The notes under the pieces: model-generated
What the model was told of the DNA's origin: nothing
The model's input: only the letters and a program-made list of their open reading frames with translations
The model's database searches: none
Made by a program: the position numbers and the translations under genes
Source: the human T2T-CHM13v2.0 reference genome, Homo sapiens
Direction: 5' to 3'
Assembly: GCA_009914755.4 (NCBI GenBank)
Contig: CP068257.2
Location: 12,928,001 to 12,992,000 of the forward strand
DNA length: 64,000 nt
In this document: piece by piece, positions 27,227-41,752 of the stretch
How the letters are laid out: each line of letters begins with the position of its first letter
Numbering within the stretch: the first letter of the stretch is position 1

Positions 27227-28287
27227 CCAACTCTCTTGAATTCAAGAGTTTCATGGTTTGTGTACTGAATATTGTCACATAAAAATACCACTTCCTAGGC
27301 TCCAGTCATGACGATCCAGGTGAACAGGAGTATGGCACCAAAGTCTGCCTTTTTAAGTAATACTCCAGTTGAGGCTGATACAGACAGTTCTCAGATACAC
27401 TTGGAAAAACACTTATCTGATAGTCATTTGTTCACTGATGGAAGGCCAAGTTTCATGCCATAGTCCACTCTTATGCACACTGACAAGCCACTTTGCTACT
27501 CACACCAGCTTCTCCATTTGACAGTGGCTGCCTCTCTTCCCCATCTTTCAACAGATAGTTTGCATCTCCTTCTCCTCAGTCACAAGGAGTTAATAAATTA
27601 ATATTTTGCATAACACTCTTTGTTAAACTATTCTGTCATATAGATAAGTGTTTCTTAGTTAAATTCAATTGAATGTCTACTGTGAATAAAATTTAGATAA
27701 GACCAGTGCCTACTCCCAAACGACGATTTTTAGATTAGATGGCTCCTGCTTGTCTGTCACTAGGTATGAATTCCTTCGATCTTTAGTGATACACTACATG
27801 TCACAGTTGAATGGTTACCATTTGGAAGCACCATTTCTTGCCCAATTTTAACCTTCAGAAGCATTGTTGTTAGGGTAAAGATTTATCTTTAACCATTTTA
27901 TTCAAAGAACTTTCTATGTTACTTTCTTCTTTCCACGAAACGGGTCTATTTTTCTACGAAAAACCTACAGAAGGATTTCCTCTTGGCAGAAGGCATGTCT
28001 AGTGAGCTATTCCAGTAAACCAGCTGTTATTTTTCTCCTGGCCAGCAGACAATGCTTCACTTAGATATTATATCTGAGGTCTCATCTGAATTTAGGAAAA
28101 TGAGACTGCTTGTTTCAGAGATAATCTTCCAGCTGTGCTTGTGCAAGTCTTATTAAGCCCTTGAAAGAGTAAGAGGAGAAGGAGGGTGAGGGAGAAGAGG
28201 AAGAAAAGAGGAGGAGCAATGACAACAAATGAATTTTTGAAAGTATGTCTTAACTACCAGACATAGAACTATAGTGTTTTAATGACA

Positions 28288-28465
28288 GGTCTCACTGAAT
28301 CCCATGAAAGTACTGAGATATTTTTTATAGATGTATTTTACAGATGATAAAAACAGAGGCAGAGAGAGTCTAAGTAAATTGCACAATGCCACATAGCTAC
28401 TAACAGTCAAAGCAAGATTCAAACTGAGCTCTGTCTGATATCAGAGCTCTCATCCATGCACTGTG
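28288..28465 (-). mobile_element. MIR SINE, minus orientation
   Basis: ttttacagatgataaaaacagaggcagagagagtctaagtaaattgcacaatgccacatagctactaacagtcaaagcaagattcaaactgagctctgtctgatatcagagctc aligns with the reverse complement of the MIR consensus (ccattttacagatgaggaaactgaggctcagagaggttaagtaacttgcccaaggtcacacagctagtaagtggcagagctgggattcgaaccc). Confidence 0.7.
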
Positions 28466-31400
28466 GGAGAACCCACTGGGAGATACTACAAGGGCAATGT
28501 GTTATCACATCTTGTAGCATAGGCCTATCACTCTGGTAGCATCAGAGCAGTCAGCAGAAACTCTAGTGGATCAAAATCATGATCTACCATCTAATTTATT
28601 GGAGGGCCTCCAATAGCCTCAGGAATCAGGCTGGATTTAGGAATGTGAGCCCCCCCTTCCTCACCAAATCAGCACTTTATAATTCATATGCTATGTACCT
28701 TCTATCCACTGCACCGAAGAAGTTCAGTTCTAAATTTTCTAATGAAACTATCAGAATGATTAAAGAGAACCTCATGGCTGTCAGAGAAAATATCAAAAGT
28801 CAGTCTGATGCCTGAATTGGCCTTGTTGACTCATATATCCTCTCTTGTTACAGGGTGAATAGCAAGTATTTGGCCATTGATTAATGTTACATTACTATTA
28901 TTAGTGAGGCCAAACATTCAGACTTTTTTAATTATCCAAACTCCTGGGCTAATTAATGCAGTTTTGAAAGGGATTGGTCAGGACTCACAGTTTATGTTTT
29001 TATATAAGTGTTTAGCATAGGTCTTGACAGGAACATCCCAGTATATTAATTTAATATTCCCAGAGTTACTTATCAAAAGGCTGTACAACATGATGTTTTG
29101 CAAAATCAAAATAGTTTATTATCTTATCATCATTGAATTTTTTTCATTTATATTTCAATTCACAGGGACATAAGCATATCAATTATAAAGCAACCTATAA
29201 TAACTAAATAGAAACTAGCTAAAAGGCTGTGTAAGTATTGTACACTATGCCTAATATATTACAGAGCTGAGTAACAAGACGATTTTCACAAAACACGCAA
29301 ATGCTGATTATTCACATTACCTGATAGGAAGTTCCTTGTAGAGTTTTTCCTTGATAGGTATGTATGTTGTTACTTAGAAAATCATCTTCATTTAGATCTA
29401 AGAAAAGAGATAACTGTTACATACAGAATATCAGACATTACAGGATTTAGGAAGTTTCGGTGCAATTTAACACTCATGTTTTTATTTAGTCTGTAAGACA
29501 TTACATTGGCTACGTCAAAAATATTTTTTTTTGTTAAATATATGCTATTTTTCTTTTTTTTTAACAAGAAACAGATCAAAATAAAATAGAAATTTAACAA
29601 AATAGGGATGCCGCTGACCATCTGTGTCCCTGAGGAAGTGATGGAAATTCACTGTGACTCCCTTTCTTGGTAATAATAGGATTGTGGACTAGCTACAAAA
29701 GCCACTTCTAACTTCAACATGCTATGACTCCATGCAGTTATCACCTCACCTGTTTCTATTAAACTAAGCTTTCCACCCCTGGCATTTTGAGCTTCATTAG
29801 CTTAGGTCTTCTCAACATGAATTATTTATGTTGAAATTGTTCTATGCATGCTTTAGTGAAAGCTTTGCAATGTAGCATCCATTTGCTTGCAGCTAAATGA
29901 AACCTTTTCAAATGCAGCAGCACTTCCCTTTTAGCTCCTGCAAATGGGAGCTTCATTTATTTAAGTCTGAAATATATGGTATGTTAAAAGAGGACAAGAC
30001 TTTATGGGTCACTTAATCCAAGCCTCTTATTTTACAGATAAGGAGAGTGCAACCCAACATCACCTGGTCAGCAGACCAGGGCCGTTTCCTTTCACTTTCA
30101 CTCCTATTTACTTGCAACCATTGCTTCAGTTTTCTACTATTCCTCATTCTCATATTCTGCAGTGGAAGCAGGGACAGGCAAGTCCTATCCTCCATGCACA
30201 GTGATAAATAGGTGCAGATTTTTCTCCAGATCTCCATCATAGCTATAGTTAAAAGATATGTTAAATTCACAGCTCAGTCTCAAAGTTATTTGCACCAATA
30301 ACTTAATATTTAAAATGAGAGTAACCATACAACAGAATTCCAGAAAGTACCTAAATTTTAAACTGAGCTGATTTTTTGATCTGGTTCTTTGAATCAAGAA
30401 TTTATGTCACAGGGTCAGGCTGCTAGAAGCTGAGCTTTTGCAGCTTGGTTTTTAGTTTCTGAACTGGGAAAAAAAAATATTGCCTCCCCTCTTATTCCTT
30501 TCCATCTTGTCTCTTTTAGTCACCTTTTTACAGGAATTTTGAATGACTCCTTCTATAAGCATTCTTCTAGGTGTAGAAAAAGAACAGTAAAGTGGCCTCC
30601 TGTGTTCTAGAATCTGGAATCAAGCTGAGAAAATAAGATACGAATATGTGCAATGCACTTTCATAACAACACAAGGCAGAAAAATGAGTGATTCACACAC
30701 AATACTATGGAGAGAGACCACTATGACTCAGAGAACTTGTGGAAGAGACAAGGCCAGAATGGAAGCTTGAAGAATGGATACAGTTTGAAAAAGTGGAAGG
30801 AAAGGAAAAGGTGTAAATATAGCAGTGATTCCATGAACCCTGGCCTATTATGCAGCATAAACGGAACATGTTTAATTAAGTGTAGAGATTGAGGCTGGTT
30901 AGGCCAGAGGGCAATTCTGGATATAGAGTAAGAGGAGGTAGGGCTGGATAGGTGACTGAGGCCAAATTGTAATGGGCCCTGAGTACCAGATGGAAGAATT
31001 TGGGCATAAACCATTAGACCAATGTTGTAAATATAAATATCTACAGGAATCAAATATATAACTAAATGAAGTTAATTAGATCAAGAAGGCAATGGGAATT
31101 CTACAGTGAGCTTAAAATCCAGCTCCACAGCTAAAGAGTAGCCATGGCTCTGAGCTCTCTCAGTTGAAGTCACCTGAGACTTTGGGTCCTGGATTGGAAA
31201 TTTCCCTCATGTTTTTCAAGGATATACAAATATACGGATTTTAATGTAAAATTTCCTGATTTTTAAAACGCCATATGGCCCCAAACAAGCTTTTCTTCTG
31301 AATAAATTCAGCTATAGAGGTACCATTTTACAGCCCCTGCTGTAAAAAATGGGGGACCTTTAAGGGCTGGGACTAAATTAGGCACACTTAAACCTTTGGT

Positions 31401-31732
31401 GTCTGGTCTTACACGTTTTTGTTTATTTATGATTCCCAAATATTACTCTCCAAAAATGTTTTATAAAGACAGAATCTATTTGGTCCTAAGTAGCAGCAAA
31501 GGCAGGAGTTGAATTAGACAATATGCAGGCTATATTTTCCAAAGTTGGCCACAACCATGCCTCCCATTCCGTGTGTTTTTTTGCAAAGTGACTTTCCCAT
31601 TCCATCAAGAAATGGTGTCTAATTCTTCTCCTGTTGACTCTGGGGTGATCTTAGTGACTCACTTGTCACAGTAGAGTGCAGTGGAAGTAATATTTTGTGA
31701 CTTCCAAGGTTAGGTTAAAGAAGCCTTGTATA

Positions 31733-31868
31733 AGCCGGGGGCAGTGGAGGACCTATATCCCAGCTGCTTGGGACGCTGAGGCAGAGGAATGCTTGAGGCC
31801 AGGAGTTTCAGATCAGCTTGGGCAACAGAGTGAGGCCTTGTCTCAAAAAGCAAAAAAACAAAAAAACA
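31733..31868 (+). mobile_element. Alu monomer-like fragment (FLAM/FRAM-like or truncated Alu left arm) with an A-rich tail
   Basis: gccgggggcagtggaggacctatatcccagctgcttgggacgctgaggcagaggaatgcttgaggccaggagtttcagatcagcttgggcaacagagtgaggccttgtctcaaaaagcaaaaaaacaaaaaaac. Confidence 0.7.
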
Positions 31869-33089
31869 ATTACAAAACAAGAAACCTTGCAGCTTCTACC
31901 TTGGGTTCTTGGGATGTTCATTCCTTGATGCTTCTTCCTGTGATGTGTGAAGCTCCCTTGAATGTTGCACACACTTGAAACCCAACCCTGAGGCTGGGAG
32001 AAGATGGAGTGACGTGAAAAGGCCACATACATGTTCTGTAGTTGGCTGCCCGGCTGAGCCGGGCCTAACCTAGACTAGTTGTCAGACATGTAAGTGAAGG
32101 AGCCTCTGTATGACTCCAGCTACCAGATGTCGAAGTCCTCCCCAGTCATTCAAGTCTTCCCAAATGAAGCCTCAGACATCACATTGTGAACCAGTTCCCC
32201 AAATGAATTACTGATCTGCAAGTGTGTGAGCCTAATAAGATGTTCTTTTATACTACTAACTATTGGAATGGTTTGTTTGCCACAATAGATTATCAGAACA
32301 TGCATGAACTACATGGTAGATTACCAACATCAATGTGCATAAAAATATGCCATCCAGCATAAAAATTGAGATTACAAGTGCCCTTCAAATACAGAGGCAG
32401 CAAGGGATGATGTAAAAAAGTTTTTATTTCTAATCAGCTTTTAGGTTATTCTAGCATAGATACTTCTGACCATATTAATTTTCAAATAGGCAACCATAAT
32501 CTCAGGAAGAACTCCTCTGAAGAACTGAAGGATCCTAAGATTCATTTGTATAAAACACTAGAAGTCTAAGTGGTCTCATCGTTGAATTCAGAAAGCCTTC
32601 CTCGGCTATATGAGGCATCACACCATGCAGTGGGTACCCTTTCCTCAGGGAGTTTATTCCCATCTTGTAAGCAAGCATTTAGAGGTATGAAGTAGGACTT
32701 CCCTCTGGTATTCCTCATGTAGTCTAGTTTGGCCAGAGTTAAATTACCTGCTCTTAGGAAACAAGTTTTTCTAAAATTAAATGTGTGTTTCCTGAAAATT
32801 AACCAGAATGGTGAATATATTTGTGAATTTATACCATCTTTTGCCATCTTAAAATTAAGCTACTTGGCATCAGACCAACAAAGAAAAATAATTAATAAGA
32901 TCTTGAAAAATTAAGCCAAAATATTTATATGCTTACATTGAAGAGGCTGGCCAAATGATATTGACTAGAATTCAGGAGAGAAATTAGGTTTCAAACCAAT
33001 GGTAATTCAAATGGTGGACTAGAGTAGAAGGCCTTAAGAACACCTCTTCTTTCCCACTGGGTTCCTCCTTTTATAATTAATCTCATTAA

Positions 33090-33437
<348 letters not shown>

Positions 33438-36400
33438 AAGAAGATTTATTTTTAAAGTAAGTTTGCAGCAGTATAGATGAAGTTAATGTTTCTCTTATTA
33501 CTAACATTGTTTTCTGACTTTGTCTGGTCCCTCACTTCCCTTACTAACATATGCCATTTTTCCCCAGCTTTTTCTTGTGGAATAGTCTGTCACAGTTACA
33601 CTGATTGATTGAAAAATTTCTGAATCTCCAAATATGTTTTGTTTCCTTTTTATTATTTTTTAAATGTTGATTTATTTTTATTCTTTGTACTTTCTGGTAT
33701 AAAATATGAAAACTCTGTTCTTGAAATTATCTTTAATTAAATCATAACTTAATCTTAGGTAAACTCCAATTCACAGATTCAAAAGTTTGTTCTTCTCAAT
33801 TCTTTTTTATAAACTCAAGTCAAAATAAATTTAAATATTTTAAAATGGACTTTAACTTACTAAAATAAATATTATAAATATTCTTCCTATCTATGATGCT
33901 GAAAATTTAACAATTAACCTGAATTATAGATTAATTTCTCCTCACACCTAAGCTATGCCAATTTTTTAGTTGTAAAGTCCTAAGCATTCAATTTATTCTA
34001 CATTATTTTACAGATGTAGTCTCTTTTAATAGAACAGATGTAGGCTTAGATAAAAATCTCCTTAGAAGAAGGAAATGGACTAGATAAACTAAAAATATTT
34101 TGCATCTGGAACTCAGCTTATTCTGATAAATTTGGTCTTAACCTATATAGTACAGTCATGTTGTTGAGCTATGGATTAATACATCAGACAGAAATCTTAG
34201 CTAAATATAGCCTATGGAATTTTTTCATCAGGTCCCAATACTCTTTAGGGCTGAAATGCTATTAATATAATGTGTTAATGTAGAAATATCATTTTGAAAT
34301 TGAAATTGAGGAAAATTACTTTTTTTGGCCTTGAATTTTATAAGATTGCTTAGGAGTTAATGTCACTCCTACAGTTTATTTCCCTATATATTTTCTTCTA
34401 TTTTATTGAAGCCATCTTTACAATTTCATTAGTATCTAATAAAATCATGTGGGTTGTGGATGACAGCAATGATGTACTTTCCTATCTTTATCTCACTGAA
34501 CTCCACAGACTGCCTATCCTCAGGCACAGGAAACTACTCTTAAGTAGTTATGCAATTAACAGCTAAAAAGGAGTGTTTAAAATGAGAAAGAAATATTTTA
34601 GGTTGATACATAGGTCACTAATTACTTAGAAATACTCTGAGCCTTCCAAATGAAACCACTATACCCATAAAATTTGAGCCTACAACTTGTGGTCTTGAAT
34701 TTCTCCCTTCAATTTATAATGTTACAGACAGCCTTGGTCTCTGGCCATCAACTCTTCCTAGCATGGCATTAATTTCTAGGAAATGTCCAGTGACTCAACT
34801 GCTACTACTGAAATGTCTGCTGAGGTTCTTGGACACACACATGCACACGCACTCGCTGAACATGCATGGTCACTCAAGACCCTGAGAAATATCAAAGCTG
34901 GGAAAAATTCTGTAAAGCCTTTCTTTCTTCCTTCTCTGACAAAGCAACCAGAAGTAACTCATCTAAGGTCAGGATTCTTTGCTGCTTTTTCAGTGTAGCT
35001 ATAATAGAATTCCGTGCCTATTATTCCCAAATTAACAAAACAAAACAAAAACATACATAAGAGAAAGGTAGTTTTAGGAAATAGAATGCTTGAAGAAATT
35101 TATGGAAAAATTTACATCTAAAATAATCTGTAACACCATTATACCTTCTTTATCCATAGATCAACATACAATAATCTAAAATACAACATGTGCTTATAGA
35201 AGGATTAATAGATAAATGGAATGGCGGATGAATAGAGAAACTGATAGACAAATGTTTGATTAACTGACTGAAGGTGTGGATGCATATAGCTGGCATCCAT
35301 GTGGTAAAGACAGAGTCCAATCCAAACATGATAGAGAGGGAAGTGGAGCAAAGTGGCTGAATAGAACCCTCAGTAATCATCCCTCTCACAGGAATACCAA
35401 CTTGAATGGCTATTCACACAAGAGAGCACCTCCATAAGTAACTAAAAATGAGGTGAGTGATCACAATACCTGGTTCTAACATCATATCCTTGAAAGAGCC
35501 ACTAAAAAAAGTAGGAAAGGTGGTTTTGGATTGCTGACTCCACCCTCCTCCTCTATCTCCTGGTAGCATCCTCATGGTGCTGAGAGAGAATATTTGTGCT
35601 TGGGGAAGGGAGAGCAAAGTTATTGTGGGACTTTGCATTGACCTCAGTGCTGTTTCTCACAGTGGAAAGCAACACAGGGCAAAATTCAGCTGTCCACTAC
35701 AGGGGGAGCATATAGACTTGCCCCCACATTCTGACTAGCCCCTCCACAGTGGGCTGAAGCACTTTGGGGTCCTAAGTAAACTTGAAAGGCAGTCCAGACA
35801 ACAGGGCCTGAAATTCCTGGGCAATTCCTGGTGCTGTGCTGGGCTCAAAGCCAGTGGAACTGAGGTGCACATGATCTAGTAAGATATCAGCAGGAGTGGC
35901 CAAAGGGATGCTTTCATCACCCCTTTCCCAATCCCAGGCAGCACAGCTTGCAGCCTCGGGAGAGACTCCTTCCTTCTGCATAAGGAGAGGACACAGGAGA
36001 GTGAAAGGACTTTGTCTTGCAGCCACAGTAGAATAGGGCACTAGGCAAACTCCTAAGGTTCCCAATCCATTCTTCACTCCCAGGTGAAATTTCTAGACTC
36101 TTGAATCATCAATAGCTAAAATAATCAATTTTTTTCTCATTCCAATAACACTTGGGGGTGAATACCAAGCAGATCAACTTTTGATACGGTTTTTCATCTT
36201 TGTAAACTCTTAAGACTTTCTGTTTTATTACTTGCCTTCCCAAAGTTAAGTACTTTTAATTATGAAATTACATACTATTAATATGTTATTCTATACCTGA
36301 CTCCTAATTTGCTCTCCTGGAAATTTTTACATTATAAAATGACTCCATTTTATATTCATAATCAAGGTTATTTCTCTTAAATTTTTTAAGAAGACTTAAA

Positions 36401-37005
36401 CATAACTATTAACATATCAATGTTATCTTTAGAGAGTTTTCTCGTGCTCTAATTTTTAATATATTTTCAAATTTTTTGTACATTAAAACTTTCAGTTTTC
36501 TTTTCAATTGCTTATTTGCTTCAGCAGGCAACTTAACCAGATTCCACTTCCTTTCTGTACATGTGTCTATGTGATATATATACACATATATATATGTATA
36601 CATGTATATATTAATAGTTTATAATAATGCATATTCTATTCTATCTTATTTGGTTTTCCTTTTTAAGTAGACCATAATGGTCTGCTTATTTTCATGGTGG
36701 AAGATGTGAATTTTTCTTACCTGCCCTTTAAACTACTTTGGGAAAATGCAAAGTCAGCTGAACTAAATTTAGCAATTACCTTTTAGCTGACAGGGCCTTC
36801 TGATGTGGGAATCATTCTTATGCTTGCTGTGTTCCTGCCAGATTTTGTCATTCACAGTTTTTCCTTCTAAAGTGAAGCAGATAATTGGTTAGCAGAATTC
36901 ATAGTAACATTTGTCCAGTAAGTATAAGACATTTGAAATCAAAACAAGTTCAGCACAGGATTTGCAACTTGGTAAGTGGTATCTTAAGAGAGCTCTAGTT
37001 CTAGG

Positions 37006-37995
37006 TGATGCAGGAAGTCAGGGACCCCGAACGGAGGGACCGGCTGAAGCCATGGCAGAAGAACATAAATTGTGAAGATTTCATGGACATTTATTAGTTC
37101 CCCAAATTAATACTTTTATAATTTCTTACACCTGGCCTGTCTTTACTGCAATCTCTGAACATAAATTGTGAAGATTTCATAGACACTTATCACTTCCCCA
37201 ATCAATATTCTTGTGATTTCCTATGCCTGTCTTTACTTTAATCTCTTAATCCTGTCATCTTCATAAGGTGAGGATGTATGTCGCCTCAGAACCCTGTGAT
37301 GATTGTGTTAACTGCACAAATTGTTTGTAGAGCATGTGTGTTTGAACAATATCAAATCTGGGCACCTTAAGAACAGGATAACAGCAATTTTCTGGGAACA
37401 AGGGAGATAACCTTAAAGTCTGGCTGCCTGTGGGCCGGGCATGATGGAGCCATATTTCTCTTATTACCAAAAATGGATAAGAGAAATATCGCTGAATTCT
37501 TTCCCCAGTAAGGAATATTAATAATTAACAGCCCTGGGAAAAGAACGCATTCCCAGGGCGGGGCCTCTAAAATGGCCACCCTAGGAGTGTCTGCCTTATG
37601 TAGCTATGGATAGGGATGAAACATGCCCTAGTCTCCTGCAGTGCCCCCAGGCTTGCTAGGATTAGGAAATTCCAGCCTGGTGAATTCTAGTCAGACTGGT
37701 TCTCTGCTCTTGAACCGTGACAATGCATGCACATCAGGACATGGAAGTTCATTAGTGATTCTAGTTTCACCCTTAACTTCTGCCTTGTGATCTTTTGTCG
37801 CCCTTGAAGCATGTGATCTCTGTGACCCACACCCTATTCGTGCACTCCCTCCTCTTTGAAAATTGCTAATAAAAACCTGCTGGGTTTGTGGCTCGGGGGC
37901 ATCACAGAACCTGCTGACGTGTGATGTCTCCCACAGATACCCAGCTTTAAAATTTCTCTCTTGTGTACTCTTTCCCTTTATTTGTCAGACTGGCT
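37006..37995 (+). mobile_element. ERV LTR fragment, ERVK-type, resembling the MER11/LTR5 family from memory. It is 5'-truncated and carries an internal 96-bp tandem duplication (37064-37159 and 37160-37255)
   Basis: tgatgcaggaagtcagggaccccgaacggagggaccggctgaagccatggcagaagaacataaattgtgaagatttcatggacatttattagttccccaaattaatacttttataatttcttacacctg...ctgtctttactttaatctcttaatcctgtcatcttcataaggtgaggatgtatgtcgcctcag...aacaggataacagcaattttctgggaacaagggagataaccttaaagtctggctgcctgtgggccgggc...gaaaattgctaataaaaacctgctgggtttgtgg. A polyadenylation signal AATAAA lies near 37872. The family name is uncertain; the 3' boundary is approximate. Confidence 0.55.
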
Positions 37996-38229
37996 GACAC
38001 TTAGACAAATAGAAAATAACACACGTTGAATTATCGGTGGCGGGTTCCCCCATATCAGGGAGTTCTAGTCCTTCATGGACAACAACAGGTATCCTGTGGG
38101 CTACCCACTTATTCCCATGAACTACATAGGCACTTCACCATATATGATAGAATGCTGTTACTTTAACGTCTCTTGATAGCTTATGATTGCATTATTCTTT
38201 GTAGTTTTCTTGAATTCATAACCAATTAT

Positions 38230-38417
38230 TATTACTTTTCTGAGACAGCGTCTTACTCTGTTGCCCAGGTTGGAGTACAGTGGTGTGATCATAGCTCATT
38301 GTGGCCTCAAATTCCTGGGCCATAGCTATCCTCCTGCCTCAATTTCCCAAGTAGCTGAAACTACAGTCATGTGCCACCAGGATAGGCACATTTTTTTTTT
38401 TTTGTAGAGACAGGGTC
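38230..38417 (-). mobile_element. Alu fragment (right monomer plus the start of the left monomer), minus orientation
   Basis: ttttctgagacagcgtcttactctgttgcccaggttggagtacagtggtgtgatcatagctcattgtggcctcaaattcctgggccatagctatcctcctgcctcaatttcccaagtagctgaaactacagtcatgtgccaccaggataggcacattttttttttttttgtagagacagggtc. Confidence 0.8.
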
Positions 38418-39249
38418 ATAGTCAATTGTTTTTATGCATCCTGAAAAGGTTAAACTATCCTTACCCTCTAGATTCTCCATCATTTCTAACAAACTAATTG
38501 TGTAGAAAGAACATTGGGCTGTGATAGTTTCAAGAAACTCTAAGATCCTTGAATGGAATATAAATGATTTGCTCAGCTTTGTCCTCCCAACATCTAAAGC
38601 AGGGCCTGGACATGTGAAGAAATGAATTGCACCAAATGGAAAATTGGAGTCCCTTCTAAATTACTTACTACAGATAAATCATTCTACATGTTGTATCATG
38701 CATTGATAACACAAATGTTGAATAATGCAACCTATGCATAGCATGAAGACAAACTCAGCATGCTGTGTTGTTTCTAAAGTCACTATTTGCTCATATGTTT
38801 TGATTATAGAAAAGGCAGTTGATCATCAAGAACTGTGTTAGGATAGAAATATTGGTTGTACTGTATGTGCATGCAGAATAGACTGAGAATGGATCTAGAT
38901 GAAAAATAAAATGTTGCCTTGCTTCCTTTTATTTAAGACTGTGCACTATTCAAATTAGGGCTGATATTCAAAATATTTAACAACGAGTGACTGCAGGACC
39001 CTGATAGGATCCAGCGCCTATAGATGCTACTGCTGGGAGAATTGAAACCTGATTAAAACGCAGATATCCTTCAAAGTTGTACCCATTGTGGGGTATCACT
39101 TTAGTCAGAATGAGCTTTTCAGATCTTACCAGGAAATTGGTTTTTAAAAAAGAAGGAAATGAGTATGAGCACCTGACTCCTCTGCTGGGGAGAAGGAAAG
39201 GGAAAAGGGTACCCATAAGTTTGGCACACTACATTAAAAAAAATTATTG

Positions 39250-39558
<309 letters not shown>

Positions 39559-40730
39559 ACTGGATGATCCAGATGTTTCACATTGTGAATGTTTTATAAT
39601 TACTGACTCCCTATTTGCTGTAAAGTAAAAAGAGAGATAATCTATTAATTTTCTAAAAATAATGAATAGAAATCGATTTTTACTTTAGAATTAAGGTACA
39701 AACCAAACTGATTGCATGTATTATTACTATGAATGCTATCACAGAAACTAAAGAGAAGATTTGGTGTGTGAAATGTTGTAGAAGAGACTTTTATAATGAA
39801 ACCACTTTCTGCTAATTTTTTATTGTCTCCTAGATTCACAGATCTAAAATGATCTCTAACAAGTCACCTTGACCACGGAGCAGCCAAGCTACACATGGAG
39901 AGCTGGAAGATGAGCAGCCAATGAACTACCAAAGAGGATTATTCTGTTTAAATATAAAAGGAAAATATTGCAAATAAATCAATGATTTCTTTGTCATAGC
40001 CATTTAAAGTTAGAATGAAGCCACTTTTAAAAAATGTTCTTCTATATAATTCAAAGACAACTCAATTTGACTTTCATTAATCAGTTTTGTTGCTTTGTGG
40101 CAGGAGCAGGAGAAAAGAACTTGTGGGGAGACAGAATACATCGTTTACACTTGTAACCTTAGGAATCACTAACCAAATATTTTATTTTCAGACATAAATC
40201 TCCGGAATAACCTGGAAGAATAAAAGAAAAAGATATTTAAGTCTAGATTTAATAAATAACATTTTAATCAAACAGAAATTAGAATATGTGCAACACTTTG
40301 GGAACAGAAATAAATTCTACCTCTAACCGAGGTCTACCTATGGTCTTGAATTTTCCTAACCCTAGGTGGCAAATTACAGTAAATACAAGTACAATTTGGG
40401 TCTGTAAATTTCTATGCAATATGGAGAAACTGATATTCATAAGACCTGAAAAAAATAGTAAGTCTTTTTACGTGAAGGTATCTCAGGATAACCAAATAGT
40501 TACTAGGGGGGAAGTGCTTTTGCAAATAAATATGTTAATAAATACAGAAAGAATGATGTAAATTGTATATAACCATTATGCAATCTCTAATAAAATAAAA
40601 GATCTGGAAAATAATCACCAATTATTGATAAAGCCTAATTGAAAGGCTGATGGGCAACTTTATGCCAGTGGATCCATGTGATACCATCTGAGCCCACTGA
40701 GCAATATCACTGTCAAAAAAATATGATCAT

Positions 40731-41047
40731 GCTAATCAATTCATGTGTGTGGGTGAACACACACATATCTCATAACTAACATTGTTATAGCTTAAGTGTT
40801 TTCTACTATTGATATTCTTTATTGTCATTAAATTAAAACTGAGTTTACCATTTTTTCAAACTCAAAATTGTGAGCAAAAACATGCATAGATAAGGTTTCC
40901 TTTTTGTTAATTTTTTGTTTCCTTTTCATTTTTTAATGCAAAATGGTTAGGACATCTCTTGGCACATAGCAAGCATTCCAAACAAATAAAGCTATTTATA
41001 ATATTGTAAAGTGAGGTAAGTGAATAACAATGAGAGTAGACGTAAAG
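40731..41047 (+). repeat. Copy 1 of a roughly 320-bp low-copy direct duplication (unclassified)
   Basis: gctaatcaattcatgtgtgtgggtgaacacacacatatctcataactaacattgttatagcttaagtgttttc...caaaattgtgagcaaaaacatgcatagataaggtttcctttttgttaat...ttttaatgcaaaatggttaggacatctcttggcacatagcaagcattccaaacaaataaagctatttataatattgtaaagtgaggtaagtgaataacaatgagag. I estimate roughly 85-90% identity to the copy at 41753-42089. Confidence 0.85.
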
Positions 41048-41752
41048 CTTACAATACAACAAAACAGAAAGTATGCAGTCACTGAAGACCAACTTTTAAA
41101 TATATATATAAATATACATATTTGAACCTTTTCATACTTTATATATATTTGAATCTTATCACACTTTGAGATTTAACTAAAAGTTTACAGGAAACATACA
41201 GTAGAGAAAAACATGCTTAAAAAAACACAAGGATTCAATCAGCAAAATTCAAAAATCTGGGAAATTCTTCAGGACACAGACTCCAGTTTCTTCAACAAAT
41301 AAATGAAAAGACATAAATTAAGAGACCTGAACTGAATCCAGCTGAGCTTTTTGGATCCTGATTTAAATAAACCAACTCTGAAAAAGCATTTGAGTCTGTC
41401 AGAAATATTGTAATAGTGACTGTATATTTGGCAATTTAATGTCATTTGTCTTGTTTTGTTCTAGTGCAGTAATGGTATTGTGATTATGCTTTTTAAAAAA
41501 TAATTCTTATTTTTTAATAACATACACTGAAGCATGAAATTATGTGTCTGGCATCTGCTTTATTAATACAAAAACAGTGGGGATGCAGTTGAGGTAGTAG
41601 AATGGGTAGAAATAAAATTGACTATAGGTTGATCCTTGTTTAAGTTTGGTGATATGAGTTTATCATTAACTCTTCCCCTATGTATGATTGAAAATTTCCA
41701 TAACAAAATGTTTTGAAACAGAAGCAGAGGATAGGACTATGCTGACTTGACT

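Noticed and set aside
35600-36110. Possible ancient L1 5'UTR-like or other repeat segment (ggaagtggagcaaagtggctgaatagaaccc… and a GC-richer stretch 35640-36080)
   Set aside because: I could not align it convincingly to any consensus from memory, so I left it unannotated.
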